Part shown: in pieces, positions 1-12,930 of the stretch
Position numbering within the stretch: position 1 is the first letter of the stretch
Layout: each line of letters starts with the position of its first letter
Assembly: GCA_028534125.1 (NCBI GenBank)
Contig: CM052850.1
Location: forward strand, 25,916,001 to 25,980,000
From: Lama glama
Lineage: Eukaryota
Direction of reading: 5' to 3'
Length of the DNA: 64,000 nt
Notes under the pieces: generated by a model
The model's input: only the letters and a program-made list of their open reading frames with translations
What the model was told of the DNA's origin: nothing
Databases searched by the model: none
Program-made: the position numbers and the translations under genes

Positions 1-1249
1 GGCAGTGGTTTGACTCCTGAGGAAATCACAGCATGGCCTTCCCAGCGTGTGAGGACCAGGGTGTCAGGGCTACAGGGACCCCCCAACTACAGACAAGGAG
101 GCTCAGGGCCCAGGGGAGGATGTAGACAGACCCATGATAGCTTCTACAGCCAAGCAGGGGGCATGCCCTGCAGTGTGGGTACCTGGGAGGGCCGTGCGCC
201 CACTGCCCACAGGAAGTCCTCCTCACTCCCCTGTGGGGGCTCCATTTTCAGGGGATGTTCTAGGGGCACCACCCTCACCATCTCCTCGCAAGCACATTGG
301 GCCAAGTGTCCTGGGGCATTCTTGTTTTGGGACAAAGCCAAAGGCCACTAGGGTGGGAGGGAGCCAAGCTAGGCTGCTGCTCCAACACCCACCCCTCCCA
401 TCTGGGGGCCTACATCCTGGCACGCTGCAGGTGCACAGCCAGGACCCGGGCTTCCCACCTGCCCTGCCATCGCCCCCAGAGGCCTGGGCCAGCATGGCGC
501 CCATGTGCCTGTCTCTCCCTCCGTAGGGGAGAGGACCCCGGCCCCTCCTCCTCACCGAGGGGTGCTCTAAGGACCCGGAGAGCAGCCAGAAGGTACTGCA
601 GGGCCTGACGTTGGCAGCAGGTCATCAGCTGGGGTGGGGTCTGTCCGCCTGGCTGGGACGTGGCCCAGTCAGTGTTCTGGCCTGGCCAGTGAGGCTCACC
701 TAACCAGCCAGGACGAGGGTCCCTGCAGTGCCCAGGCGAGGCCTGCACCTCTCGGGGAAGTCTCCTGGCAGCCTCGGTGCCGGACACTGGAGGTGGACGG
801 ACCTGTGGGCAGTTCAGCCTGGGTCCTGTTGGCCAAGGCTGCCCTCTGCAGGCCGCCTTGGGAACAGCCACGCCAGCTGAGATGCAAGGAGTGGGGAGGC
901 CCTTCTAAAGCCAGGCAAGCGGCTACTAGGCCCTCCCTAGCCGCTCTGCAGCCCCTCTCCTGGAAAAGGGCCCTCCTGCTCAGATGGGCACAAGGCAAGC
1001 AGGCCCGAGGAACCACCTAGTTGCCGCAGGGTGCACCATGGAAACCAGCGGGCCACAGCTGCAAACCCAGGTGTGGCCTCTCCCTGGCCCGTCCCCCACG
1101 CCAGCCTTAAAAACCCTTATCTCTAAGATGAGGCAGTGTGGAGGGGTTCCAGAGGGTAGATGGATGGTTGGGTGGGGGGTCTTCGCAGATGAGTGGCAGT
1201 GGTGGCTGGTGCTAGTGGCTGTTCCATCACGGATGCCCTTACACCACAG

Positions 1250-1459
1250 GTGAAGCCCTCTGGTGCAGGGTCACCAAGCCGGTGCCAGCAGGTGGACAGT
1301 TGTGTGTGCGCCTCATGGCTGAGCCCCACGGAGCCCCCAGCCACCCTGTGAAGAAGGAACCCGTGGAGCCCGAGGGCCCGGCCCCCTCCCACACCGACAT
1401 CCAGCTCCTGCCCCAGCAGGCCGGCATGGCGTCCATCCTCGCCACGGCGGTCGTCAACA
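1250..1459 (+). CDS. ZFPM1: ZFPM1 (FOG1) internal coding exon (~exon 6), end of the PR-like region
   Basis: cag| acceptor at 1247-1249 and |gtgagt donor at 1460. Translates EALWCRVTKPVPAGG...PVKKEPVEP...IQLLPQQAGMASILATAVVN, recognisable FOG1 sequence; phase joins the exon at 4381 (A+AA=Lys). Confidence 0.95.
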
Positions 1460-4380
1460 GTGAGTAACCTGCCGTGTCTCCCCCACCTCCGCTCCCGGGG
1501 GGCCAGTACAGCCCAGGCACAGGGCTGCAGGGGGTACCCAGCTCAGGATCTGCAAAGATCTGTCACCACTGGGACCTGAACAGAGATGTGGGGGCCCCAG
1601 GAGGGGCCATATGGTCGGTCTGCACACATTGCCGGGGCAGGATGCAGGGGAAGGCCCAGCACACGGCTGCCCGGTGCCTCCCGGGGAGGGTGGGAAGCAG
1701 GTTTCTCATCTCGATGTCTGACACACGCACCATGGGGGTGCCCAGAGCAGCCCTGCCCTCATCCACTAGACACCAGTGCCACCTCCACCTATGAGGTGTG
1801 AAGCACGGGCCAAGTGCCCCTGGGGCAAAGCCACCAGGGGTGGGGGGTGGACAGCTGGGGTGGGGACTCACTCACAAGGAGCCTCAGCGGGTCTGAGAAT
1901 CAGACAGAACTCGCTTGTTCCCCAAAAATTGTGTAATGTGCATATTCAACCAGGTGGTGAGGCCCTGGGTCCCCGAGGTGCAGAGGCGGGAGCAGGTATG
2001 GCTCCATCCATCACCGTGGGCAGTGGCCAGGGGTACTTCAGTCGGGTGCTCAGGAAAGCCACTGGACAGGACAGCCAGCTGAGATCTGCATGCCAGGTCC
2101 TGCACAGTGGTCACTGTGGCCAGGGCAGACCAGCCAGGGCTGGGACTTCTCAGAGAAATGACCCCACCAAGGGTTTTCAAGCAGCAAAGGGTATGATCCG
2201 GTTTAGTTTTAGTATCACCCAGCTGCTAGGTGGTGACCATAGGGTTGCAAAATTGGAAGAAAAGTGACCTTTTGAAGCAAGTCAAATGTGATGACGGCTT
2301 GAACCAGGTGGGGGCACCAAGGCAGAGGCCAGAGGGGCACTGGAGCCAACAGGGCTCCACTGGGGGGCGGGGGCAGCAGCACGAGGCCCAGGGCTTTGGC
2401 ATAGCTGTGCGAGTGGACACTGGTCCATCCTGTCGCTGGCAGGAAGTCAGGGAGAGCCTGCTCCGACCTTCTGACCCGAGACGCCTGCCAGGCACTAGAG
2501 CGGAGCCCAGGCAGCGACTGGAGACATGTGCTGGGGCTCAGAGTGCAGTCAGAGCCAGGGCAGCTCTGGGCAGGACAAGGCCCCCAGAGAGACGGGACCT
2601 GCAGACACCAGATCCGGGAGCTGAGGGAGGAGTCTGCCATAGCCCAGCTGTGTAGACACCAAGGGCAGAGATGTGACCCCTGGACTGGTCAGCATGGAGG
2701 CTACCATGACCCAAACAGTTGCAGCCGAGATGGAAGGGGGTGGGGACAAGCGCAGACAGAAGGGTGTCTCAGGCCACCTGTGGTGGCTGCCCCCACGCCC
2801 ATCTGGGGGCTGCCGGGAGCCCCGGCCCCAGCAGCCTCACCGGGCCTTAAGTTCCCTCCCCTTTGTCTGAGACTTCGGAGCCACAACATCCCAAGAGCGT
2901 TTCACCTGAGAAGTCCTCGTGGGCTAGACGTCTTGTTGACATTGACCCCTAACCCGCATGGGCCCGCCCCAACTGGTGGCCCAGAAGGGCCTTAAGACCC
3001 TCAAGCTTAGTTAATCAGCTTGATCAGACCCAGGTTAACTCCTGACACACCACCACTCTGGGCCTGAGTTTTCTCCCCGTGAAAGGAGTAAAGGTAACAC
3101 CAACCTCACGGCGTCCGTGCAGGACCCCAGGCCCTAGCCGGTGGTCAGCCTGAGGTCAGCTCAGGGCGGGTGGGACCGTGGCATCTTAAGTTTCAGGCCT
3201 GCAGCTGAGGCTCCGGGCCCCGCCCTGTGCTGCTGGCTGCAGCGCTGACCTCGCAGCTATGAACAGAAACCCCCCACTGGCCCCTGGGATCCAGATCCCA
3301 CCTCAAGGCCCCAGCTGGTAGAGAACAGAGCTGCCTCGAGGCCCTCAAATAAAAGGGAACTTGAAAACCAGAAGTAAACAACACAGTAGGGGAGGTCTGA
3401 GCCAGAAAAACAGCAGGCAGAGGAGCGTGAGGGGTGGCCACCTCACCTGACAGACAGGTACTAGGCTCCGTGAAGGAGGCAGAAGCCGGAGACCTGGCAG
3501 CCCCCCAGTGGAGGAGGACCACCCCTTGAGTAACTGCGGACCAGCGGGATGAGAACCTGCATAAGTTAGAACACAATTAAGGAGTCCCAGGCCCAAGTCC
3601 ACGTCAAGGTCAAGACACAGGGCGAGGCCTCTGCAGGCCCTGGGTTCAGCCCCACGGAGCAGGGGCAGACAACAGAGCATCCTTTAGCCTTCTGCTGAGA
3701 ACCAGAGGGCGAGTGAGCCCCCATCAGAGAAATCCTCACCTCTGGCAATCTGACCCCGCAACCCTAAATCCTGTAAACTGAAAAGTCAGAGGCAGCCTGC
3801 TTGGGCAAATGTGCTCCATTCAGCAAATGTTGACCCTTATCAGTAACACAAGGAGCCATCAGGCGTAAGGGGGCTCAGGGAGGCTCTCCATCCTCTGCCT
3901 GCCCAGAGCCACGTTCACCTCTTATCCTCCTGCCCCAGGACTTGGGGACACGTGCACCTGGCCACCCATACGCCGTTTCGTGTGCACACGCTTGTCTTCT
4001 CCACGGGCAGCCAGCTCCACGCCATCCCTCACATCCACGGCCAGTGCACGTTCACGTGCACACGCTCACCTTGACCCGGTCATAGAGAATCACGACATGG
4101 ACCCCAGCCTCGTTCCCCTGGGCGTCCACTAGTGTGTCCTTCTGTGGGCACCCCACAAAGCCTGTGGGGAGACAGCACGGGGGCCATCCTAGGGGCTGCT
4201 CAGACCCCACCCACCTGTCCCCGTGGCATCCTAGAGAGGGAATGCAGGGCTATCCAGGGATAAGGGAGAAGACACAGCCCTCGTGTTGCAGGGGGCCCAC
4301 TGCCCTGCCCCAGGTCGTAGGCAGCCGCCTCTGCTGCCAGGGTGCCCCCTTCAGGCTATGCCTGCCTCTCGCCCCCACAG

Positions 4381-4614
4381 AAGACGTCTTCCCCTGCAAG
4401 GACTGCGGCATCTGGTACCGGAGCGAGCGGAACTTGCAAGCCCACCTCCTCTACTACTGTGCCAGCCGCCCGGGCTCCGGATCCCCCGCCACAGCCGTCC
4501 CCGACGAGAAGCCCAAGGAGACTTACCCCAACGAGCGCATCTGCCCCTTCCCCCAATGTCGCAAAAGCTGTCCCAGTGCCAGCTCCCTGGAGATCCACAT
4601 GCGTAGCCACAGCG
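4381..4614 (+). CDS. ZFPM1: ZFPM1 coding exon (~exon 7), zinc fingers 1 (CCHC) and 2 (C2H2)
   Basis: cccccacag| acceptor and |gtgagg donor. Encodes DVFPCKDCGIWYRSERNLQAHLLYYCAS...CPFPQCRKSCPSASSLEIHMRSHS. Confidence 0.97.
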
Positions 4615-4889
4615 GTGAGGCCCCACACCCCCACCAAAACCATGTGGGCTCGACACACCTGTCCCGGGGTTGCCCACCAGCCGGGGATGTGCTGGGAGGG
4701 GGTCCTCCCACCTGCCCAGGGCACCTGGCCCATCCACAACCACCTGGACAGCCAGCTTGGGGCTGGGCCCCTGCCAGATCCTGGGAACAAGGGCCAAGGA
4801 GGCTGAGTTTAGGGCCCTCCGCATGGCCTGCCGCGGCCCCCGGCCAGCTGGGCTTGGGACCCACCCCCTCAATGGGCCCTGTGTTCCAG

Positions 4890-4985
4890 GAGAGCGCCCC
4901 TTCGTGTGTCTCATCTGCCTATCTGCCTTCACCACCAAGGCCAACTGTGAGCGGCACCTCAAGGTGCACACAGACACACTGACCG
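4890..4985 (+). CDS. ZFPM1: ZFPM1 coding exon (~exon 8), zinc finger 3
   Basis: ttccag| acceptor and |gtaggt donor. Encodes GERPFVCLICLSAFTTKANCERHLKVHTDTLT. Confidence 0.97.
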
Positions 4986-5070
4986 GTAGGTGGGAGCCAG
5001 GAAGGGGTCAGACAGGGGGCGTCTCTGGGGCCCACCCACCCAGGGTCCTGATACCACAGCCTGCCTGCAG

Positions 5071-5217
5071 GGGTCTGTCACAGCTGTGGCTTCATCTCCA
5101 CCACAAGGGACATCCTCTACAGCCACCTGGTGACCAACCACATGGTCTGCCAGCCGGGCTCTAAGGCTGAGATCTACTCACCAGGGGCCGGGCACCCCAC
5201 TGCCAAGCTCCCCCCAG
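5071..5217 (+). CDS. ZFPM1: ZFPM1 coding exon (~exon 9), zinc finger 4
   Basis: ctgcag| acceptor and |gtgagc donor. Encodes GVCHSCGFISTTRDILYSHLVTNHMVCQPGSKAEIYSPGAGHPTAKLPP. Confidence 0.96.
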
Positions 5218-5416
5218 GTGAGCCCCGGGGGCCCCCTGAGGACCGGGGAGGGGGAGGCAGGCTAGTCCGTGAGAGGGGGTTGGTGTCAGTCTCGGCCTTG
5301 GCAGCCACAGCCTTTGCCCAGCGCAGCAATCCCTTCCTGCCCTCCCCCGCCCTCAGGTCTGGCCCAGGCAGGTCCTGCTCCAGCCCTGAAGTGTGGCCCC
5401 TGGGGTCTTCCTGCAG

Positions 5417-7194
5417 ACAGCCTGGCCGGCTTCCAGCAGCACACGGCATTGCACGGTCCTTTGGCCTCTGCTGACCTGGGCCTAGCTACTGCCCCATCGC
5501 CTGGACTGGACAGGAAGGCGCTGGCCGAGGCCACCAACGGAGAGGCCAGAGCGGCCCCCCAGAACGGGAGCAGCGGCGAGCCCCCCGCGACCCCCAGGAG
5601 CATCAAGGTGGAGGCGGCAGAAGAGCCCGAGGCGGAGCCAGGGCCCCCGGCCCCGTCGCGCACGCCATCGCCGCCCAGCCCCAGCCCGGTGCGCGTCAAG
5701 GCGGAGCTGTCCAGCCCCACACCCGGCTCCAGCCCGGGGCCCGGCGCGCTCTTTCTGCCGCAGTTGCCCGCGGCGCCCCCGGCCTCCGAGATCCTGGCCA
5801 AGATGTCTGAGCTGGTGCACAGCCGGCTGCAGGCGGGCGCGGGGGTGGGCGCTCCGGCTGGCCTCTTCGCGGGGGCTCCCAAGGGCGCCACGTGCTTCGA
5901 GTGCGACATCACCTTCAACAACATCAACAACTTTTACGTGCACAAGCGCCTCTACTGCTCCGGCCGCCGCCCGCCCGACGACGGGCCCCCCGCCCGCAGG
6001 CCCAAGGCGGCCCCCGCCCCGCCGCGCGCGCCCCCAGCCCCGCCGCCTGCCGAGGCCGACGCACCGTGCTCGTCGCCGGGCCCCGGGACGCGCGAGGACG
6101 AGGCCAGGAGCGCGGTCACGCCCGAGGCCGAGGCCGAGGCCTGCGGCCGGGGCAGCGAAGGCAGCCTGAGCCCGGGCAGCGGGGCGGACGAGGACGACGA
6201 CCCCCGCCGGACGCTGTGCGAGGCCTGCAACATCCGATTCAGCCGCCACGAGACCTACACGGTGCATAAGCGCTACTACTGCGCCTCGCGCCACGACCCA
6301 CCGCCGCGCCGGCCGGCACCTGCTGGGACCCCCGGGTCCCCCGCGCCCGCCGCGCCGCCGGTGCGAACGCGCAGGCGCCGCAAGCTCTACGAGCTGCACG
6401 CGGCCGGCCCCGCCCCGTCGCCGGCCGGCCCCGCCCCTCCCGCTGCGCCCGGCCCCTCCTCCACGCCGCCCGGCCCCGCCCCCACGTCGCCCGCGGCGCC
6501 GGCGCCGCGGCCCGGAAGCGGAAGTGGAGGCGGAGGTGGAGGTGGAAGCTGCTCCGATCCTGCCGAAGGCCCCATCGACCTGAGCAAAAAGCCGCGGCGC
6601 CAGACGCCAGCCGCCGCCACCCCGGGCCCCGCGCCGGGCCTGCCGGCCCTGGCCGACTACCACGAGTGCACGGCCTGCCGCGTGAGCTTCCACAGCCTAG
6701 AGGCCTACCTGGCGCACAAGAAGTTCTCGTGCCCCGCCGCCCTGCGCCGCCTGCGCGCCTCCCCCGAGGACCCGCCCGCCGTCGTGTGCCCCTACTGCCC
6801 CCCGAACGGCGTAGTCCGCGGCGACCTCATTGAGCACTTCCGCCTGGCGCACGGCCTGCTGCTGGGCAAGCCCCCGGCCGGCCCCGGCGCCGAGGCCCGG
6901 ACGCCCTCGCCCGCCGCCCAGCGCGACGGCCTCAACGGCCAGGACCTGCGGGAGCCGCCCGCCGGCAGCCCACGGCCCGGCCCGCCGCCGGCCCCGTCCC
7001 CTGAAGCTGTGCCGGCGCCCCCCTCCCACTCGGACAAGGGTGTGCAGACCCCCAGCCAGGGGTCAGCGGCCCCCGTGCCCAACGGCAACCACAGGTACTG
7101 CCGCCTGTGCAACATCAAGTTCAGCAGTCTGTCCACCTTCATCGCCCACAAGAAGTATTATTGCTCCTCGCACGCGGCCGAGCACGTGAAGTGA
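5417..7194 (+). CDS. ZFPM1: ZFPM1 terminal coding exon (~exon 10), zinc fingers 5-9 and CtBP-binding PIDLS motif
   Basis: ctgcag| acceptor at 5416. The frame carries CFEC..HKRLYC, CEAC..HKRYYC, PIDLS (6571-6585), CTAC..HKKFSC, CPYC..HFRLAH and CRLC..HKKYYCSSHAAEHVK, ending at TGA 7192-7194. The exon is very CpG-rich. Confidence 0.98.
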
Positions 7195-7340
7195 GCGCCG
7201 CGCGCGGAGGGTGGAACCTGCGCGCCTGCTCTCTAGGGGCCGCCACGGGCCCGGGCACCCTTGCTCCTGGGAAACGCTCCAAGCACAGGCTTCAGCACAG
7301 GGGCTGCAGGGGGCAGACCCCGCTTGGACCTTTGGCACTT

Positions 7341-7346
7341 AATAAA
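7341..7346 (+). terminator. Polyadenylation signal of ZFPM1
   Basis: AATAAA about 150 nt downstream of the stop codon in otherwise GC-rich sequence. Confidence 0.75.
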
Positions 7347-10300
7347 GAAGTTCAGTTTGATGAGCACAGTGGTGGAGCAGCCTAGTTCTCTAAGCAAAGG
7401 GGCCCTGCAGGGTAGGCGCACGCATGGCCAGCACCACCACCAAGAACACACAGGCCACTGCAGACAGGAGTCAGAAGCCCAACTCCAGGCTGATGGCACT
7501 GCCCTGGGCCCCTTTGGGGGCACAGGAAGAGCAGGCACGGCCCTTCTAGGTCCACTGCTCCCACCACCCCAGGACGCAGCCAGAAGCTCTGGTTTGATCA
7601 CCAGACACCAAAGGGAAGAGCTGGGTCCTAACCAGCCTACAGTTCTCCTGTCTGCGTGGGTCTGGGGCCTCGATGTCACCTGTACAGCCACAGGCCACCA
7701 AGGATTCCGGGAATGGGAGCATCACGGGGGAGGATGCAGCCCTGTGGTTGCCCCAGCTGATGGGGGAAGAAGGGCGAAACAGCAGACAGGCCCCAGGAAA
7801 GAGAGTGGACCAGGGAGGGGCACCAGGGCCCACAGCGACCCCTAGGGCGAGGGGGAGCCTGTCCTAGAGTGGGGGTGGCAGTGGGCACAAGGACTAATGT
7901 CACACACCCCCAGTCTGCCCTGCGGGGGCAGCATAAGTCACGACCAAGCCACAACTTGTGGTCTTGCCACTTGGCAACAAGGTGGCGGTGGGCACCGTCC
8001 AGCCTGGTGTCCCTTAGCTTGAAGTAGCGTCTTTTCCAAATATAATCTTACCTAGAACCTTACTGCAGATTAAAGTGCAATCTGACCGACTTTCTCTGCC
8101 CCCAAATACCAGAGGTGCTTCCTGCCACGTAGCCAGACTCACTCTCCAGCTCAAGGCAAGCTCCCTCCCACCCAGCCCTCAGAGGTGAGGCCAGGGAGCC
8201 TGGGTTTGGACAAGCACAGTCCTCAGGCCCATCTGACACTCCCTTCCGCTGGCCCTAAGTACCAGGCCGTGACCAGGCAGGGCCACCGGACAGGCCAGGG
8301 CCCCAGGGAGCTGAGCTGCCTTCCTGGTAAGGACCGTCCCTGACTCTGCCCTCCTGGGTTGGGACTGGGAGGCTTACGGACCCCTCAGTCCTGCTCCTCG
8401 TTTGCATTGTTCTGCATTAATTTGCGTGGAGAGTTCGAGTTTCCACCCCCGAGTCTGGCCACCAAAGGCCGACATCGCTCTGTTCTCAAAACGTTAAACC
8501 TAAGGCAAAGTGCATGTCCGTCCCTGGCTGCTGGTGAGCACAGATGCTGGAAGGGGAGGCAGGCATCCTGCACACCCCATCCCTGCAAACGCCAGTGGGA
8601 GGCAGTGCTGCACTGAAAAGGGCTTCAGTTTCCATGCCCTTAGTGGGGGAGGAGGGGCTCCACCATCCTGGAGCCCCTTCTGAGAGCGCAGCTCCAGAGC
8701 CTGAGCTGACCCCTGACCCTCTCCTCAGGCCTGAACTGCTGGCCAGGCCGAGCCCTGTGCCAGGGAGGTCCCGGGCCCTGGAACTGGGCTCTGTCCCATC
8801 CCCCGACACCCCCACTGATGCAGGGCAGGCACCTACTGTCCTCGCCCAGTTCAAGGTCCCCTGTGCTGGGCTCGCCCACCCACAGCCCCCAGCATCCCTT
8901 CGCCCTCCTCGGACCCCGTCTCCCACACACCCTGCCGCCTCCTCAAGCCAAGACCTAGCCAGCCCCCTTCGCCCCTGCGTCTTCTCCCTATGTCTGCGCA
9001 GATGTCACCATCAACCATCTGCCCCTGGAGTGGGTGACAGTGCAGCACCCTCACGTATGCACACCTCACCATCAGAAGCAACTTGTGATTTCGCCAGACC
9101 CGTCTCTGCCCACCCGCCGTCCACCGTCTGGCTCCCAGGTCCCCTTGGTTCTCTCTCCACCACCGCTTCCAAACCTGCCAGCACGTCTGGTTGCCTGCGG
9201 GGACGCCTGCCGCTGCTCCCCCGCCCCGGCCGCACCCTGCCAGAGGCCCTGGCTGCTGCCTGGCTGGGTGGCTGGGAGCCCAGGTGGCGCCCCACCCTGC
9301 TGCAGGCCTTCTGGGCTTCTTGCTGCTCCTGTAGGCACCTTGGCACAGTCTGCTCCCCGGCCAGGTGGCCTGTCTGGAGACCTGCCCCAACCCCCCCGTC
9401 CTACCACCTGGCTGTTCCTCCTGTAAGGGCGCTCCCTCCAGGGATCTAGTTTCTCTTACCTCTTGCCCCTCCCCCATGGACCTCGCAGCCTTGACCACTG
9501 CCTCCTGGACACCTGATCCATGGCCTGGCCCCAGGGAGTGGCACGTGGTCACTGACGTCACAAGGGAGTGAGAGGACTAGCAGAGACAACGGGTGACCTC
9601 CTCTCCCCCAAACCCCCTCGTCTACAGCCGCCCCCCTGAAGCCCACCCTGCCCATCTGCTGCCCCCTCCCCCCGCCTTCCTCCATCCCGTTCTCCACTGG
9701 TCTCCTGCCTTTGACTGCCCCCCATGCTGTGCCAGCTGCACCTCTCCGGGGCCAGCTCTGACCAGGTGACACCGTGTCCCAGGTCCTCAGCACACAGGTC
9801 ACACAGTCCATGTTCAAGGCCACCCGCCACCCAACCCCAGAGTCCTGGGTGCAGATCTCCCACAGGTCGTTGCTGCCAGCAGCCCTGCACACCCCTGGGA
9901 ACACCTGGCTCTAGGAAGCGCTGGTGGTCATTCCTGGCACCAGGGGTCAGCAGCAGACCAGGGGACAGGTGCTTCAGGCCGGCCAAGCTGCCCACCCTGT
10001 CTCCTGAGGAGGCAGAAGGGAGGTGGGGCAGGTAGTGGTGGGAGGTGGCGGGATCACAGCTGCAAAGGGAAGGAGTGAGAACACGGAGGAGGGCTATGTG
10101 CTAGTAGGCGGCCTGGCAGAGTTCGGAGGCACGTTGGTCTTCACAGAAGGGGAGGAGCAGCAGAGATAACTGGCCAGCGCAGGAGGGGCCTGACGGTCAG
10201 GCCCCGGGTGCAGGGTGCATGGGAGCAGGCAGTGGCCCCCGGCAGGGCCCTGGCGGGCACCAGGCGGCAATAAGCTCGGTGCCGACCTCCTGCGGGTATC

Positions 10301-12930
10301 CCACAGCTGGCCTTAGGTGCTGGGAATGATGCTTCTGCCGCCACCCTGGAGGTCAGCTTCCACCCTCCCACCACTGTCCTCCAGGGAGGCACAACAGGCT
10401 CAGGGAGGGGCGTGGCTTCCCACCGCTCCAGCCACTGCTAGGAGCATTGCAGCCTGGTGCACAGACAGCCCTGCCCTGCCAGGCACTCAGCCGCTTCAGC
10501 CACCTCGGATCTCTGACCAGGGTTCCCCCCACCCAGGGCCCAGCCTTGCACACAGACCTGCCCTCGCCTGGGGCCCTCCATGGGAGCAGCTTAGAGAAGT
10601 GGACCCAGGGTGTCTGCTCCTGGGCAGCCAAGACTGGCCGCTTTCCCTCTAGGGGACAGCCTCCCCACCACTGTGGTTCTCTGGGATGTGGGTGGTCCCG
10701 GTTGCCAAGAGCACTTTTCCAAGACGGCAGCACCAGCACCACCCGAGCTGGTGAAGGAGCCTGGGAATCTGTGTCGATCAGCTCCCAGCAGATTCTTCCC
10801 TGGCAAGTTTGAGACACACCTGCACAGCAGGTGCTCAGACACTGTTTGAGCCGTTCTAACCTAACAGAGACAGACTTGACACAGGACCTTTGTCAGCTGG
10901 GACGGATCTCAGCCACTGGGAGCCTGGCTGGGACGACGAGACCACGCCTCCCCCCTCAGGATGCGTGCTTCACCACCCGGTGTTCCAGACACTCCACCCC
11001 AACACCATTCTGCCTTCAGCCTTCATCGGATGAGCCCTTGGAAGCCCTGGCCGGCTAAGCCCAGGCCACGCTGTGAGAACAGCAAGGTGGGGGGTGCGTG
11101 CTGTAGCTCCACCACCAACACAGAAGGCACCCCGCGCAGAGCGCTGCCGGCTCCCAACCCTGAAGGGCACACGCTGGGAAAACTGGCCAAGATTTCACAG
11201 GGTCCCATCACGTTAGTTACCCAGGGACTTGCGAGTGGGAGCCACACCCGGTGTCAATCCCACAGAGGCTCCAGGCAGCACCCCCAGGAGGCGGGGGACC
11301 CTTCCTGACGCTGTGCCTCCAGGCTGCTCCCTGCCTGCCTGGATGAGCCCCCATCCCCAGGTGGCCAGATCTCTAGCTGCCTGTCTCAGCCGGGCGGAAA
11401 ACAGGGCGCGGGGCGAGGGCTTGGCAGGAGATCGAGACCCGAAACACACCTGCGGCCCCTGTCCTCTGTCCACAGCTGGGTGTCTCCCGGGTCTGTGACT
11501 TGATGCTGGGCAGAAGGAAAGCTTCTAGCCAGACACACTCGCTTGCACACCCACACGCATGCACCCTGCCTCTCGTGTGCAGACGGTGCACTGACGGTGC
11601 GATCTCACAGGAAGAGCACCCTTACAGGAGTTCCCCGGCGGGGGCTGGGACACATCCCTCTGCTGGTTTCTCTGGGTTCCCTGGATGTCACCTTCCCCGC
11701 GCCCAAGGCCTCTGCAGGGACACCCCCGACAGGCAGGTCTCTGCCACTTAACAATGTGAACGTGCGAGATCCCGGCGTCCCCACAGGCCGCCTGCAGCTG
11801 ACAGAACACCATGTGTCATGGTGAGGTGCAGGCAAAGCTGGACCCGCCACCTCATCAGGTCCTGCTTGAAACCGAGGTGCTCCGAGCTCCCTGGAAATCA
11901 CATGTCAACACTCAGGGTGACACAGGCTGGCTCTGTGAGCCAGCACCGAGAACTCTCAACAAGGATGCCAGGAGGCCATGCAGCACGCAGGTGCCGCCTA
12001 ACTGTGGGTTCACAAGGGTGCCCGTTTGTGCTCAGACAGCATGAGGGCAGCGTGATGGCCCAAAGCTGTCCACGTCCTAAGCCCCAGAACCTGAGCCTGT
12101 TTCTCCCTGGGGCAAAGGAGAATCAAGGTGCTCATCCAGTGATGCTGAGATTGGCCCCGGATCCCAGAGGGACAGGCTCGTGCAGAGAGCAAGACCAGCG
12201 GGCAGGGCAGACTGGCCAGAGTGGCAGAGGACTGAGCCCCGGATTTTGAGAATCCCCCAGCACAGCCGGTGTGCCAGGTCCGGACCTGGACACACCCAGA
12301 CTCAGCCCTCTCTCTGGGGCTTCCCTGAGCGATGTCTCACATCTGCACTGGACAGAGCGCAGCCCCAGGGCACCCTGGGGAGAGCAGCGCGAGCTCGCCT
12401 GGCGGATGTTTGAGAACCGCGGTAAAGGGATTTCACCGGCGCTGCTGCCCGGCCCCCCTCCAGCCACCTCCTGGGGAGATGAAGGCAGCGGCCCCTGCAG
12501 AGGCCGGCAGGGGAGCGGGGGCGGGGGGAGAAGGGGGCACACACCTCCTGTGCTTTTACACCAGCGGCTCTGAGTGTGCACCCCAAGATCCTGTTCTGAC
12601 CGCAGCTGCACGAGAGGCACAAAGGCCAAGGCAAGTGTGACACATGGACCGCAGCACAGCCCCAGGCAGCAGTCCGTGACTCGGCCTCTTCTGTCCGATA
12701 AGTAACACTTGAGAGCCCCTCCCCGGGTCCAGGACCCCTCCTCTCCTCCCTCTGACTGAAGCCGCGACTGGGCAGGAGTCCATTCCAGGTTACCACTGGG
12801 CGGTCGACAGTCGGGGTTCTCTGGGGACACCCTCGTTTTCGCTCTCGCCTCTGTCTGCTGACAGCCTGTGACAGCGCCGGGGACGCCGGGCTCTCCCTGC
12901 CGTCTGGGGTTCTCTCACTGCTCACCTGCG

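Noticed and set aside
5482-6693. 403-aa ORF antisense to the ZFPM1 last exon
   Set aside because: Shadow ORF caused by high third-position GC in the sense CDS.
8544-9449. 301-aa ORF downstream of ZFPM1
   Set aside because: Pro/Ser-rich translation of C-rich intergenic DNA beyond the polyA signal; no motif support.
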